Below, one piece after another: positions 26,370 through 39,139 of a DNA stretch of 64,000 nucleotides. This DNA comes from Octopus sinensis (taxonomy: Eukaryota), in contig NC_043002.1 of NCBI RefSeq assembly GCF_006345805.1, positions 13,640,001 to 13,704,000 on the forward strand, in the 5' to 3' direction. Numbering within the stretch: position 1 is the stretch's first letter; each line of letters opens with the position of its first letter. A model generated the notes under the pieces. That model worked only from the letters and a program-made list of their open reading frames with translations. It made no database searches and was not told where the DNA came from. The position numbers and the translations under genes were made by a program.

Positions 26370-26780
26370 AATCCTTGTTTGGTACCTGATCGATCCTATT
26401 GGTCGTCATGGAATGTGAAGGTAGCTGTAGAAAATTTAGTAACGGTAATAAATAGTTTATCCTTATCTAATATAAGCCAAATTTAACAAATTCACCATTC
26501 AAAATAGTTACAGCCTAAGGGGAAATAATTGAGAAAGACTTGAAAGTTAACGTAAGATCGTAATCACGTAAAGTAAATATAACAAATAACCCTGAATCCT
26601 TGTCCGGTACCGTATCGATCCCAAAATCTAATCAGTTCATACCAGTCACAAGGCCAAACACCCCTGAAAGTTTCATCTGAATCCATCCAGCGGCTCTTTA
26701 GATATCTTGTCCACGGTCAAAGAAACAAACACGACTGGAAAACAACACCGCCACCTTGGCTAAGGCGGAGGTAACAACAA
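26370..26780 (+). mobile_element. Putative non-autonomous Helentron/HINE-like element
   Basis: Duplicated cctgaatccttgt.cggtacc motif and terminal hairpin ccgccaccttggctaaggcgg-aggtaa. Confidence 0.35.
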
Positions 26781-26879
26781 TTTACTCGGCTCATTCGGTA
26801 TATTATGACCTTTCGACGATGTAATATATAACACATTTCACTCGACAAACACACATAAAGAACACAAGTACAAGTGAAC

Positions 26880-27190
26880 AAAATATTTATTTCAATTTTT
26901 TGTCACAATATGAGCTTGCACTTAAACTGGTACTTATTTTATCGTCCCCGAAAGGATGAAAAGCAAAGTCAACATCAGCGAAATTTGAACTCAAGTATTT
27001 CGTCCAGCGTACTAACGACTCCGTCCGTTCGCTGCCTTACAAGTGAACAAAATAATGATTTCAAGTTTTTGCCCCAAAGGAAGCTTAGGGGAGGGGATTA
27101 AGTCGATTACATCGACCCCAGTGCGTAACTGGTACTTATTTAATCGACCCCCGAAAGGACGAAAGGTAAATTCGACCTTAGCGGAATATA
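26880..27190 (-). mobile_element. Two SINE family B fragments
   Basis: ggtacttatttt-atcg.ccccgaaagga.gaaa occurs twice. Confidence 0.7.
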
Positions 27191-27289
27191 AGTGAACAAA
27201 AATAATTAAAACTCACAAAACATTTCTCTACACAAAAAAACAAGAAAAATAAAGAAATACCGAAAGCAGGAAAGAAAATTCCGTTCATA

Positions 27290-27560
27290 GGTGCCGGCAT
27301 GGCGGTGTGGTTAAGAAGCGCACTTTTCAACGGCGTGGTTTCAGGTTCAGTCCCACTGCACGGAACTCTGGGCAAATGCCTTCTATAATACCTTCGGGCT
27401 GACAAATGCCTTCTGAATAATGAGGCAGACGGAAACTGTGTGGATGACCATCGTTGAAATGTGTGTGCGCGCATTTGTCAAGTGGTGTATACAGACAGTG
27501 TTGGTTTGTTTACGGCCTCGTAACGTAGCGGTTCGCCAAAATGATTGATAGAATACTTAG
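27290..27560 (+). mobile_element. SINE family A, degraded
   Basis: ggcatggcggtgtggttaagaag...ggttcagtcccactg head. Confidence 0.75.
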
Positions 27561-27687
27561 CAAACATAACTGTTACTTTCTTTTTTTACCGATCCTGAGT
27601 AGATGTAAAGTAATGTTAACCCCGGTAGGATTTGAACTCAGAACAAATATTACATAATAGTAACAGTCGTAGTGCTATTGCAAGCAG

Positions 27688-27870
27688 AAAAGGCGGTGAA
27701 CTGGTAAAAGTGTTGGTCCGTTGGATAAACTGCTTTGCAGTATTTCTTCAGATTCTTTACGTTCTGAGTTCACATCCCGCCGAGTTGAACTTTACTTTTC
27801 ATTTCTTTCGGGATCGATAAAATAAAGTACAGGTAAGAATTGGGTACGATATAATCGATTTACGCATTTT
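27688..27870 (+). mobile_element. SINE family B, degraded
   Basis: ggcggtgaactgg...ttacgttctgagttcacatcccgccgag. Confidence 0.7.
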
Positions 27871-27975
27871 TTTTTATAGCTGCTAGCGTTGTGTCAAAAA
27901 TAAGAAAGAACTATTAGAAGTAGAACGAGAAGGTAAACAGCATCGAATTGGGTGGAAATGTTTCTTTGAAAGACT

Positions 27976-28404
27976 GGTTCTTTTCGGTTTGAACGGCAGT
28001 TTTTCTAGCGGTGTCATATGAAATTGTCACCCATAATTATGACCCTAGTATCGATCTGTAGCATTTCAATCTGTTTTAGGGTTAGGATTAGTTAGGGTTA
28101 GGGGTGGGGGAAGGCTATATTTTTTTTCTTCAGAAATGTAAACAAACCTAATCTGTTTCTTAAACGAGGGACATATTCATACGGCACAGAATGTTTTTTT
28201 TTACCTCAATGGACGTCATTGATTGGTTGAAAGTGCAGAAATTGAAGAAAAAAACAATAAATATCTTACAAACTATAGAATTTTCTCAATAAAGCCAAGA
28301 GAAAAAGATTTTTTATAAACACATTCTACCAGTATACGAAGTTTAAAAGTGTTTAGTTACGTGGAAATTATTTAAAAAAACTGCCGTTCAAACCGAAAAG
28401 ATCC
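27976..28404. mobile_element. MITE with ~29-bp TIRs and an 8-bp TSD (Merlin- or hAT-type)
   Basis: ggttcttttcggtttgaacggcagttttt / aaaaactgccgttcaaaccgaaaagatcc; gaaagact at 27968-27975 and 28405-28412. Confidence 0.88.
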
Positions 28405-29311
28405 GAAAGACTCAATACATCTTGTCTTTGCGGTAAATGCTTAGCTTTTACTTAGCTTTTCTAGTCTATACAGGTCTACATTCTGTATTCTGCTCTATGC
28501 TTGTCCGTCAAATTAGACTTCTGATGAACGTAATTACAACTGGGAGATATCACTTTCTTTCTTTTTTATCATCAAACTACGTTCCAAAACTGTTCGCTTC
28601 AGAAGAAAAAAAATATCAGATTTTTCGCAAGGTAATTGCTGTTTGGCTAGACTTCTAACTTGATTTCTTCTTATTCAATTATATTCAGCACACTGATAAT
28701 CTGATGTAGAATGTTAAATAGATTGAATTTTTATTTTAACTAGAGAGTCTTGCCACTATCTACAATCAGTTAGTTTTCTTCACATTTTAATTTCAAATCC
28801 ATCACTTTCTTCCCAGAAACCAGCTATTAAAAGGAATATAAGACCTGAAACATGTGTGATCATAGTTATCAAAAAAATATCCTTCAAATCTTTGAAGAAT
28901 TAAGCAAAAAAGTAAAAAATATAAAGAAGATTCTATCAAAATATTCATTTTATTTGTTGTGATTCTAAATTGCTGATTTCAAAATGAAGGACAGAATTTC
29001 TACAAACTAAATTATCATTTCACTATTTGCTTACATTTCTACCGTGAATTCTTTCGGAATATTTACAATTGTTGACCACACTGAAGACACTGTTAGGAAT
29101 TGATGAGTAAAGACTATTTTCTGATACAAACTTTTTAAAAAAATGACACAGGAAGACGAAACAACAATAAAATAACATTTGTTCAACTAATTTTACTTCT
29201 ATGAGTATTTCTAGACAATTACGATGTGTGTGTGTGTGTGTGTGTGTGCATGTATATATATGTATATATATATATATATATGCACATACACACACACACA
29301 CACAACACACA

Positions 29312-29398
<87 letters not shown>

Positions 29399-29399
29399 G

Positions 29400-30410
29400 C
29401 GTGACCCTGACATAGCTGGAAAACTTGGAGAGTGGCTACATGACTTCCTGAAAGATAGAAGTCAGGCAGTAGTGGCTAATGGAGCCACCTCTATGAACAC
29501 ACAAATAGTGAGCGGTGTTCTACAGGGCACTGTCTTGGGATCAGTGAACTTTATAGTGGCCCTCTCAGATATGCAGTTTAATGCTGAAAAATTCCAAGCC
29601 CTGCGCTACCAGCATCCAAAACGGAATATATAACTTACAGGGTCCACGGGTCCACAGGGAATGTCAATCTCAGAGCCTTAGTCAGTGAGGGACCTGGGTA
29701 TCGATATAAGTGATGATACCGCTTTCCAAGTGCACATTACCAGGATGGCGACAAAGAATATTCAGAACCATAGATGAGGAAACCATGATGGTCCTCTGGT
29801 GGATATTCGTTATCAGCCACCTGGATTACTGCTCGCAGCTATGGTCACCCACCAGTGTGAAATTAACATCGGACCTTGAAGCAATCTAGAGAAGATTCAC
29901 AAAGAAGATCGTCTCTTTGCAACAGCTCAGCTACTGGGAAAGGTTGAAACAGTTAAGACTCTACTCCCTGGAGAGAAGACGGGAGAGGTATGCAGTAATA
30001 TGTCTGGAAGATTCTGGAAGGAATTGTGCTAAATTTTGGCATTGAAAGCTACACCAATGCCAGGACGACACTGCATAGTGCCAAATATCTCAGCAATGCC
30101 ATCACGCTCCAGGACCAGTTACTGCAACAGCTTGGGTTTCAAAGGCTCACAGTTTTTTTAATATTCTCCCAAAGAGTCTGAGGAACTTGCACAAAGTAGA
30201 TGTAGGGGTTTTTTAATCAAAGCTGGACCTCTTCCTTTCGAGAGTCCCAGATGAACCTACCTCACGGCAAGAGGTGCAAATGAGGGTAGCTGTATCAAAC
30301 TCCATGCTTCCCCAAGTGCTACATATTAGAGGAGGATCTTAGTAATAACAATGTAGCAAAACGGTGGTGTATCAGCATGGCCACAGCTCCGAGCTGAAAC
30401 TAGAGAAATA
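29400..30410 (+). mobile_element. CR1/L2-like LINE 3' fragment (partial RT, internally deleted)
   Basis: GKLGEWLHDFLKDRSQAVVANG...SGVLQGTVLG, QFNAEKFQ, HLDYCSQLWSP, and a 3' stem-loop tail. Confidence 0.85.
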
Positions 30411-30426
30411 TATATATATATATATA

Positions 30427-31295
30427 CTGTCCAGTAAAATTTGGGAACTGAAAGAAAAAATATCGAATTTAACCTAAGATGGGATATAATAAGAAAGGCA
30501 CAGCCTTATAAAAATAGTAGAGATGGATGTGAACTTTGTTTTATGGGGACATATGAAATTTTAAAACATAGGAATAATACAAACTTATCCGAACTGGGAG
30601 TATCTTGCATACATAGTGCTACCCGTACGTTTAAATAGTTCAAATAATAGCATTTTGACCATTCCTAAATTTTCAAACCCTAATATTTTATAACCAAATA
30701 AAAAATTAATATACCATACTAGCTTTTTTCCAACCAGCATAGATTACTAAGTAATTTCATTATATATATAAATCTGAATATATGAAATTAGAATTTTTTT
30801 TTATACTCTCCTATATTGGAAAGAAAAAATTCTATATATCTAGGGAAATTTTCTTGGTTCATCTTGATTACCTCCCTTCCATTACTTTTTAATGTATATT
30901 ATTGACTCCTCGTATATTCACTTAATTGATAAACTTTTCTCTCCACGGGTAGTAAATATTATGTCTAACATATTCTTTTAATTTGACTCATTAATAAAAT
31001 AAATCACCATTCACTAGCTAATTATGATTCTATATTAATGGAAATGGGGATATTTAAATATGTAATAATCACAAATAATTCTATATATCTAGAGAAATTA
31101 TTTAGTTCATCTTGATTACTTCCCTTCCATTATTTTTTTAATATATCGTATTGACTCCTAATATATGTACTAAATTAATAATGCCTTTTTTCCACGGGTA
31201 GTAAGTATTATTATGTCTAACATTTTCTTTTAATTCAGCCCATTAAAATAATCACCACTTACTAGCTAATTATGATTATATATACATACATACAT

Positions 31296-31327
<32 letters not shown>

Positions 31328-31375
31328 GCGTATGGCATGTATGTATAATAATGCCCTCTATATATAATATATATA

Positions 31376-31451
<76 letters not shown>

Positions 31452-31530
31452 AATATGAAATGATTTCTATATTTTTTATCCCTATATTAGGTTCCCTATA
31501 TAAGATTATAGTGTTTACTGAAATCATTTT
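30427..31530 (+). mobile_element. Penelope-like element: GIY-YIG C-terminus plus 3' UTR
   Basis: LSSKIWELKEK/IEFNLRWDIIRKAQPYKNSRDGCELC...YEILK; UTR carries a ~249-bp-period duplication. Confidence 0.7.
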
Positions 31531-31629
31531 GAAAAATGTCTAAAGTATATTTACTTAAATTTCTTAGTATAGAATCTGGATGTCAAATTGGTAGTAGACA
31601 TTAAAACCTCTAGTGCATGAATAGTCTAA

Positions 31630-31810
31630 AAGGGTTAGCAACATTTCTTCTGGCTTTACGTTCTGAGTTCAAATTCCACCGAGATCGACTTCACCTTTTA
31701 TCGTTTCAGGTTCTATAAAATAAAAAAAACACTTAAGTACTGGGGGATTGATGTAGGTGAAATGCCCCCTTCCCCTCAATTGTTGGCCTTATCCCAAAAT
31801 TTGAAATCAA
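31630..31810 (+). mobile_element. SINE family B, partial
   Basis: ttacgttctgagttcaaattccaccgagatcgacttcacc. Confidence 0.7.
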
Positions 31811-32119
31811 TATATGTCTTCCACGGTGTTATTGCTTTAGTTTCAACGTACAGTCTGAGATAAAATACTTTCCCTGGTAACTATATCACCGAAATCCTTA
31901 TCATTTTCTAATAAATTCCGATAATTAAGAAATGAAATAACGGAAATAATTTCAGTCACTGGTTTAATTAATGTTCCTGGTTACTTAAAGTTCTTTCTTG
32001 ATTACTGTATACATGTTCAGGTTAATTTTTGTTATGAAATTATAATCTCAAACGTCTGTTGTAATTTATTTTGCTTAACTCATTAGTTTGTTACATTATC
32101 TGTATGATTTAGTCCCCGA

Positions 32120-32515
32120 AGTGCAGCCATGCTGGAGCTTTGCACTGAAGTGTTTTAGTCGAACAAGTCGATCTCCTAGAACTTAGGTTGTTTTTATTTT
32201 TAAGTTTGGTAATATTTGCTCAAAGCTCTTTTACTACATCGCATGTAAACAAACCAACACCGTTCGTCGATTGCTGAAGGAAAAATGCACGCACACGCAC
32301 ACACACATGCATATACACCCCCCCTCTTCACACGTACGCACGCACGCACACGCATATACGTATACGATGGGCAGTTCTGGCTCCCAAATTCACTCACAAG
32401 GCATTGTTCAAGCAAGCGCTACAGAAAAGACACTTGTATTAGGTGCCGCTCAGTAGAGTTGAACCCGAAACCACTTCACTGAAAATTGAGTTCCTTAACC
32501 ACACAGCCATAGCTA
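32120..32515 (-). mobile_element. SINE family A, degraded
   Basis: cagccatgctggagc tail and gttgaacccgaaacc...aaccacacagccat head. Confidence 0.65.
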
Positions 32516-32899
32516 TGCCTGTCTTCGTTCTTGAAGAAGCGCATCGTTTCTTTACGTAACAGTATTACTCATGCAAGAAGCCACTAATTCGTTTCTTAAT
32601 TGCTTTATTCTTCATTTGACTAATGAGATTGCATTTGAAAACACCTCCTCAGTCTGAGTTTGTAATATAAGATTATGTTGTCCCCTGTAATGCTGTCTCA
32701 TTTATCGTACAACTAAAATTTCCGTCGCATACGATTCGTCTAGCTCCAGCTCTTCTTTCTGACCGCTTATAGATATCATATATATTATGATATATATATA
32801 TAACTCCGATTATTTAATGCCCATTATTAATAATTCACTACATGTGTCATAGAAAGATAAAAACTACATTGCATTCATAATGAATTACATAGAGACAAA

Positions 32900-32947
32900 T
32901 TATATCTATTTGTATATATATGTATATATTATATATATATATATATG

Positions 32948-33038
<91 letters not shown>

Positions 33039-33047
33039 ATATATATG

Positions 33048-33096
<49 letters not shown>

Positions 33097-33104
33097 TATA
33101 TATG

Positions 33105-33138
<34 letters not shown>

Positions 33139-33187
33139 ATAATATATATATATGTATATATATTTATATACATATATGTATATATAT

Positions 33188-33266
<79 letters not shown>

Positions 33267-33345
33267 GTATGTATGCAAGTATGTGTGTATATTGTATGTG
33301 TGCATTATGTACGTATGTCTGTGTGTGTGTGCGCGTGTGTATGAT
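32900..33345. repeat. (TA)n/(TATG)n microsatellite field
   Basis: Visible tandem repeat. Confidence 0.95.
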
Positions 33346-33765
33346 GGAGCGTATATCACTCTGTATATGATTAGTTTATGTCTGTTCGTGTGAATAATTT
33401 TTATATATGGTTTCGAGAAATACGGAATTCTTTTGCAATTAATTAGACACCAATTTTCATCATACGCATTTATCCAAAAGCATCAGGTTTAGAGTTCTGA
33501 AATTTAAAAATATTGTGACAGATAAATAAAAGAAACAAGAAAACAATTTGGGTTTGAAAAAAAAAAGAAGAGTTCAACCGACGTGATTCGAAACCGATAG
33601 TCAGAGCTTGCCAAATTTGCGAAACAACTGTTACACAATGGAACGCCTGAATGTATACCGCGTGTTATTTTATTTGTCTTTTTTGTAAATGATATTTTAT
33701 TTGCTCAAGTGTGTTTTTTTTTTTTTTTACAATAATAATTCAACATAATAACTACTTCAGCTCCC

Positions 33766-34010
33766 CTTCAGGTTTGGCGAAAGCGATGGGGTGGACAAGG
33801 AAAAACCTGGCTGATGACGGTCAAGGCTGATCTGGAACCCAGGCTAGGCCTCAATATCTACGGCATTCGCCGCTGGAATAAGGAGTGGTTGGAGATCACG
33901 CGGTCGTTAGCCTCTAATCGCCAGGCCTGGTCGGCGTTTGTGAGAGATGCGTTATTGAGGATGAATGAAGCCAGCTCAACCCACCCCAGGTGAATGCTGT
34001 AAGAAGAAGA
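33766..34010 (+). mobile_element. RTE-clade LINE extreme 3' fragment
   Basis: WRKRWGGQGKTWLMTVKADLEP...ASNRQAWSAFVRDA...THPR*, then a (gaa)n tail. Confidence 0.75.
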
Positions 34011-34019
34011 AAATATATA

Positions 34020-34500
34020 TAGGAAAATAAGTATAGGTAGAAAATGCTAAAATACTTTTATCACGAATAAAATTTTAGTACCAGTTTCAGTCTTTGCGAG
34101 CTTTTCAACTTAGAGTAAAACATGAAAAACAATTAAATTGTTGAACAATTAAATGAAATGTTTTAAAAAAATATTTAATTTAATTCTGCGAGTCGTAGTT
34201 TTCTACAGTATTCTGAAATATTGTCTTTAATTTCATTAGTGTTAGATCTTCGTGGGGTTGGAGTAAACTTAATTTCCTTTAGCTAGTATACTGATTTTTG
34301 TTGTGGAGAGAATTTTCTTTGATAAATTTATTACTTTGGGTTTCTCCTGTAAGTTTTGTTCCAACGTCTGTCCTTGTTTCTCTCCACTCGGGATGCTGGG
34401 GAGCTAGTTGTGCTGCCTGGGTAAACAGGTTGAGAATCCGTAGGTTGAGTTTCTTCGTTGAGGGGTAAAGGAATCTCTTGGATGTTTGTAGTTGCTGGGG
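34020..34500 (-). mobile_element. Penelope-like 3' remnant
   Basis: Decayed ..QR.N..Y.F...LPRQHN-type C-terminus and degenerate hammerhead-like TTGAAAA..GAAACTGGTA near 34075-34110. Confidence 0.4.
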
Positions 34501-34514
34501 AGAAAAAAATCAGT

Positions 34515-34842
34515 GTTTTGGGCAGCGGACTCGCTGTCGTAGAATCGCAGTTTCGATTCCCAAAGCGGGCATTGTGAGTGTTTTTTAAGCGAAAACACCT
34601 AAAGGTTCACGAGGCTCCGGCAAGGGGTGGTGTCGAACATGCTGCACTCTTTCTCTCACACTTTCTTCCTATTTATATTGTATTTGTGTTTCAAAGATCC
34701 AGACTTGTTACATCGAGGACTACGTTAAGGGTACCCGTGTCTGTGGAGTGCTCAGCCACTTGCACGTTAATTTCACGAGCAGGCTGTTCAGTTGATCGGA
34801 TCAACTGGATCCTTTGTCGTCGTAACCGAAGGAGTGCCACGA
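34515..34842 (+). mobile_element. tRNA-derived SINE family C
   Basis: gggcagcggactcgctgtcgtagaatcgcagtttcgattccc head matches the 53206-53506 copy. Confidence 0.7.
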
Positions 34843-34848
34843 TATACA

Positions 34849-34879
<31 letters not shown>

Positions 34880-35075
34880 TCAAAATGTGACCGCATGTAT
34901 ACCGTTGGCGATTTTTTTCCTGCGTCCTCCCTTTCCTATGTTTCTGACGAAGAGCTCCGCTCGAAACGTTGAATCCTCCTTCTTTCTTTCCTTTCCTCAG
35001 CGTCTAATAACACTATACTTGTTCCACGTCCACGCGTTGTGTTTTCTCTTTGTGTTTCCATGTTTAGATTAACTT
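34880..35075 (+). mobile_element. ~200-bp hammerhead-containing non-coding element
   Basis: Homologous to 6981-7189; flanked by (CATA)n and (CA)n(TA)n. Confidence 0.75.
34940..34974 (+). ncRNA. Minimal type I hammerhead ribozyme motif
   Basis: uuu-CUGACGA-A-GAGC(UCC)GCUC-GAAAC-GUU-gaa. Confidence 0.6.
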
Positions 35076-35076
35076 T

Positions 35077-35115
<39 letters not shown>

Positions 35116-35494
35116 GTTGTTTATGGGTGAGGGTGTGTATGTTTATGTGCTTAAAAATGTAGTGGAAGAATGTTTTATGTCAATCATGTTCAATTAACTA
35201 ATTGTAGTGCCTCTTTCTCTCCCTCTCTTGTCATTCTCTTTCCCTATTTCTATCTATATGCGTATATTTCTACGCGAGAGTATTTGTTGTTTACGTGTGT
35301 GTGCTTCCCTCTTGGGCCCAAAATAATTAGACCCCCAAAACAGGTTGAATGTACAAGCAGTTGTGCCATATCATCTCTTTTCTCCCACAATAAGCAGATC
35401 CTTTAAATTCGTCAGCGATGTCTGCCCAAGAATTCTGCACTTCTGCAAATACAGACAATAGACAAGTTTTGAGAAACGGAGCAAATTTTTATTA

Positions 35495-36034
35495 TCGGGT
35501 TGTCCGAAAAGTTCGTGTCGATTTTTAAAGGAAAGAAAAAAGGTCAATAAATACTTGCCATTACATTTTAGTCAACCAAATATGAACCATTTTGTTGCAC
35601 AATGCGTCTCCATCTTTCCTGAAACTGGAAAATACCCTCTTCCCAGAACTGAGGTGGTTTCATAACAAAGAATTCCTCAAGGTACCTTTTTACCATTAGG
35701 ACTATTCTGCAGAGACCTGAATAAGTGGAAATCCGAAGGAGCAATATCTGGTGAATATGGAGGGTGAGGTAATACATCACAGCAGAGCTGCAGCAATTTT
35801 GGTCTGGTTCCCAAAGCATCAAGTGCCGAAAGTGAACTTTCTTATCTTCCATTTTAAAGGGTTACAGAATTAACACACGTTATAGGAAAATAAACCTTCT
35901 TCCACGAAAAGATAGCTTAAACTGTGCTCTAAATGGAGGTGTAGTCAAATCCTATTTTATGGACTCAACAATATTCTAAATTAAGTCGAAATGTAAGCTA
36001 CTATAAATCGGCAGGAATTTTTCGGACAACCCAA
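35495..36034 (-). mobile_element. Internally deleted mariner with both 30-bp TIRs
   Basis: tcgggttgtccgaaaagttcgtgtcgattt / aaatcggcaggaatttttcggacaacccaa; MEDKKVHFRHLML fused to ..RWRRIVQQNGSYLVD*. Confidence 0.88.
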
Positions 36035-36414
36035 TGCAAGAGAAATATTTCCAAGGGATTTTCTGCTTTACAGTCTGGCGTTAACACCTTTAACCATTTT
36101 AAAAGTTGTACGCAGTAAAAGATAAACAGCTGAGCAGCTTGTTCAGTGAGTACAATGCCTAAGAAGAGAAAGGGATTAAGGAATTCAAATTGGGGAAAAG
36201 TGGGAAATTTGAATTGGGAAAATTGAAAACAAAGGAGTGATGGACTTGGACAAAAAATAACTTACAAGTAATTAAAAATAACAGAAATAGAGAAAAGTAT
36301 ATTCAAAATAAACGAAAGGAATGTTTTGGAATTGTTATTATAGACATGTAAGATTAATACTTAAAACAGAACTGGCAGCAATATGTACAAACGCTGTCGA
36401 AGTTATAATACACA

Positions 36415-36472
<58 letters not shown>

Positions 36473-36869
36473 AATACACATATACAAATATAAACAATTG
36501 CGTGTGTGTGTTTGTATTTGTGCGTTTGTATTAGTGTGTGTGTGCGTGTGTTTGTTGTTGTTATTGTTGTTGAACGCCAGGAACTGCGGTTTTCGGTCCC
36601 AGACGAATAGTCGCAGCTCCTAGCGTTTAACAACGCGCAAATGTCGAGTGTTGATATTGATAATGTTTACATTATTGAGCTGCTTGTAACACATAATTTG
36701 AAGATACGTGCATACACACATTAATACGAATGCACACACATACGCACAAATTAATACATTATATATGCATATACAATAAATATTATATATATATATATGT
36801 AACATATAACATATTATATACATATAAATACTTCCCAAGTGGGCTCTAAGTGAATTAGTAATACTGTAG

Positions 36870-37340
36870 AGAAAAACGAATGTAAGAAGAATAATGTCTA
36901 CATTTAGAATACATCACCCAAAATCTGACAAATAACGATTATATGTGCAAACCTAGAAATGCCTAGAGGAATGGGTGTCTTGCAAGTAGAACATTGTGTT
37001 ATAAAATATCTCTTCGTGGACTACAAAAATATCTTGTAAAGAATAAAGGGAATCTAATAGAAATAATTGCAAAACATGAACAAATGAAGAAAAAATAGCA
37101 AAAAAAAAAACGAGGATAAAAATGACAAAAACAAATCAAGAACAAGAAGCAAAAGGAAAGCTGAGTTTTCTATCCTCAAGGAATCCCACAGATATAAAAT
37201 CTGAATCTGATGTAACAGACAGCTATTGTCTGGAGACTGGGAAAAAAACAAGAGGAAATGTTAAAAAACTAAAAACTAAAGACAAAATGGCTGAAAAACG
37301 ACTGCATTGCTAAAACGATGGCAAGTATAACCTCTACATG
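36870..37340 (+). mobile_element. Degraded R4/Dong-like C-terminal fragment
   Basis: RIHHPKSDK*RLY resembles MHHPKADVDRLY. Confidence 0.35.
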
Positions 37341-37609
37341 ACCAATATTTGAGAAGACAGAACAAAATATATGAAGTGTAATAAACCGGAATGCAAAAAG
37401 TAATTACAGGATATATGAAGACGGTGAAATAACAAGTAATGACCTATATTTTAGTTTAGAAGAACTAATTTACACAATTAGTTTGATCTTTCGTACACTG
37501 AAAATTATAAAACGGGTCAGTGATGAGGCCATTATGTGGTTGTACAGCGTGCTAGACATTAGAGCTAAATTTTACTTAAATAGTAGTTAGGTTTTAAGAA
37601 TAGTTAAAC

Positions 37610-37880
37610 TAGTGTCAGGCATGGCTGTGCTGGTGTGGAGCTCGCTTTGGGACAATGTGGCTTCGGGTTCGGTCCGACTGCGCAGCATTTTGGACAAGTG
37701 TCTTCTGCCATAGTACCAGGATGACAATGCTCTGAGAGTGAATTTTGTGTGCAGAAACTGTGTGGAAGCCCGATGTATATATACGTGTGTATGTGTGTGT
37801 GTATCTTTGAATCGATGTTTGTCATCTATCTATTAACAACCGCTGTTGTTTTGTTTACTTCCCTGTAATTTAGTCGTTTA
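37610..37880 (+). mobile_element. SINE family A, degraded
   Basis: ggcatggctgtg...gggttcggtccgactgcgcagcattttggacaagtgtcttctg. Confidence 0.7.
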
Positions 37881-38599
37881 CAGAACGCCAGAAGCATCCT
37901 TTTTACAAGTGGTGTCTATAAAAAGACAGTCATGGCGACAGATACACGCACATATCTACGCTCACGCATAAAAAGACAAACTCACACGTACTTCCTGTCA
38001 AACGACGTCAGTCTCAAAGGATGATTAAGCTCCGGGTTAGAATACAAGAAACTTTCGTTTGATGTATCATAATGGTATCAGACGCGAAATTACGTGAGTG
38101 CAAAGCAAAGTTTTTATTCCCGCCTCTCCCCAGCCATATCTGTGCTACACTAACTTGTATACAAGAACTTAATGTTTACCAAAAATATACTGAAAATAAA
38201 AAGCAGTGCGATCACGGTTTGAACGTCGGACAAATGTATATCATCTCGTTTCAGGGAAATATTTTAACGCATGCGCGTTCATCATGAAATAACTACAGAA
38301 GTCGCTGATTAACACAAGGAATTTAAAGTCTAACCGAAGCTGCTTTTGAAGAAGAGCATCAGCACAAAAGCCTTTAAGAGTAAGTGAAGGTTTTCTCTAC
38401 TGTATATTATGGCCATCTCATTATATTGGATGATTTAAGTGATGGAAGAGAAATGAATTTGACTTTAAAACCAGTGAAAAACTGCACATCAAGAACATGG
38501 TCGTACAGACATGAATGTTATAACTAAATAAAAAAGGATAGAAACCATCGGTTACGATAGAAGCAAGCACATACTAGGTAAAATTACTAACATCAGAAA

Positions 38600-38950
38600 T
38601 GCTTTTCCCATGCAGAAACTGCAGGAGTTATTCAGTGGTATCACAAACTCCTATGGTGAATACTAAAGCCATCACAATATTGCAAAAAACCTTCTGCAAT
38701 CATTAGCTGGCATCTCGGGGTTACCAGCCCTTTGCGCCATAGCTTTTATGCTTTGGGTGGGGTAAGTGACCACTGAATTAGTCGTTGCCTGCTTAAGGAT
38801 TCTATTTCCAATTGCAGTCTCCTGTCACTTGCAGCCATCTTGAGCTGGTTTCAGCTGCCATGCTTATCTCCTTCGTGACTTGGCGGTATGGCATCTCTTG
38901 ATAAATGTCTCATTGAGTATATCCTGAGAATTTGCTTAAACAAAGTGAAA
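38600..38950 (-). mobile_element. Possible R2/HERO-like (RLE) retrotransposon C-terminal remnant
   Basis: TPPKA*KLWRKGLVTPRCQL resembles the PTPANLK.W.K...P.C.LC region. Confidence 0.3.
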
Positions 38951-39139
38951 AATGATCACGATTTGCTCGAATTGTCCAGAGAATTGATATTAACAGGGAT
39001 GAACTACGGCTAACAACAACTACAAAAATACAAATAATGATTGCGCAATTCTCCTTCAACATTTGTGGTATTGTGACATTGGCAGACATTTATATTAATA
39101 CATATAACAGTTGTAAAATATTAGATTGAAAATTTGACA

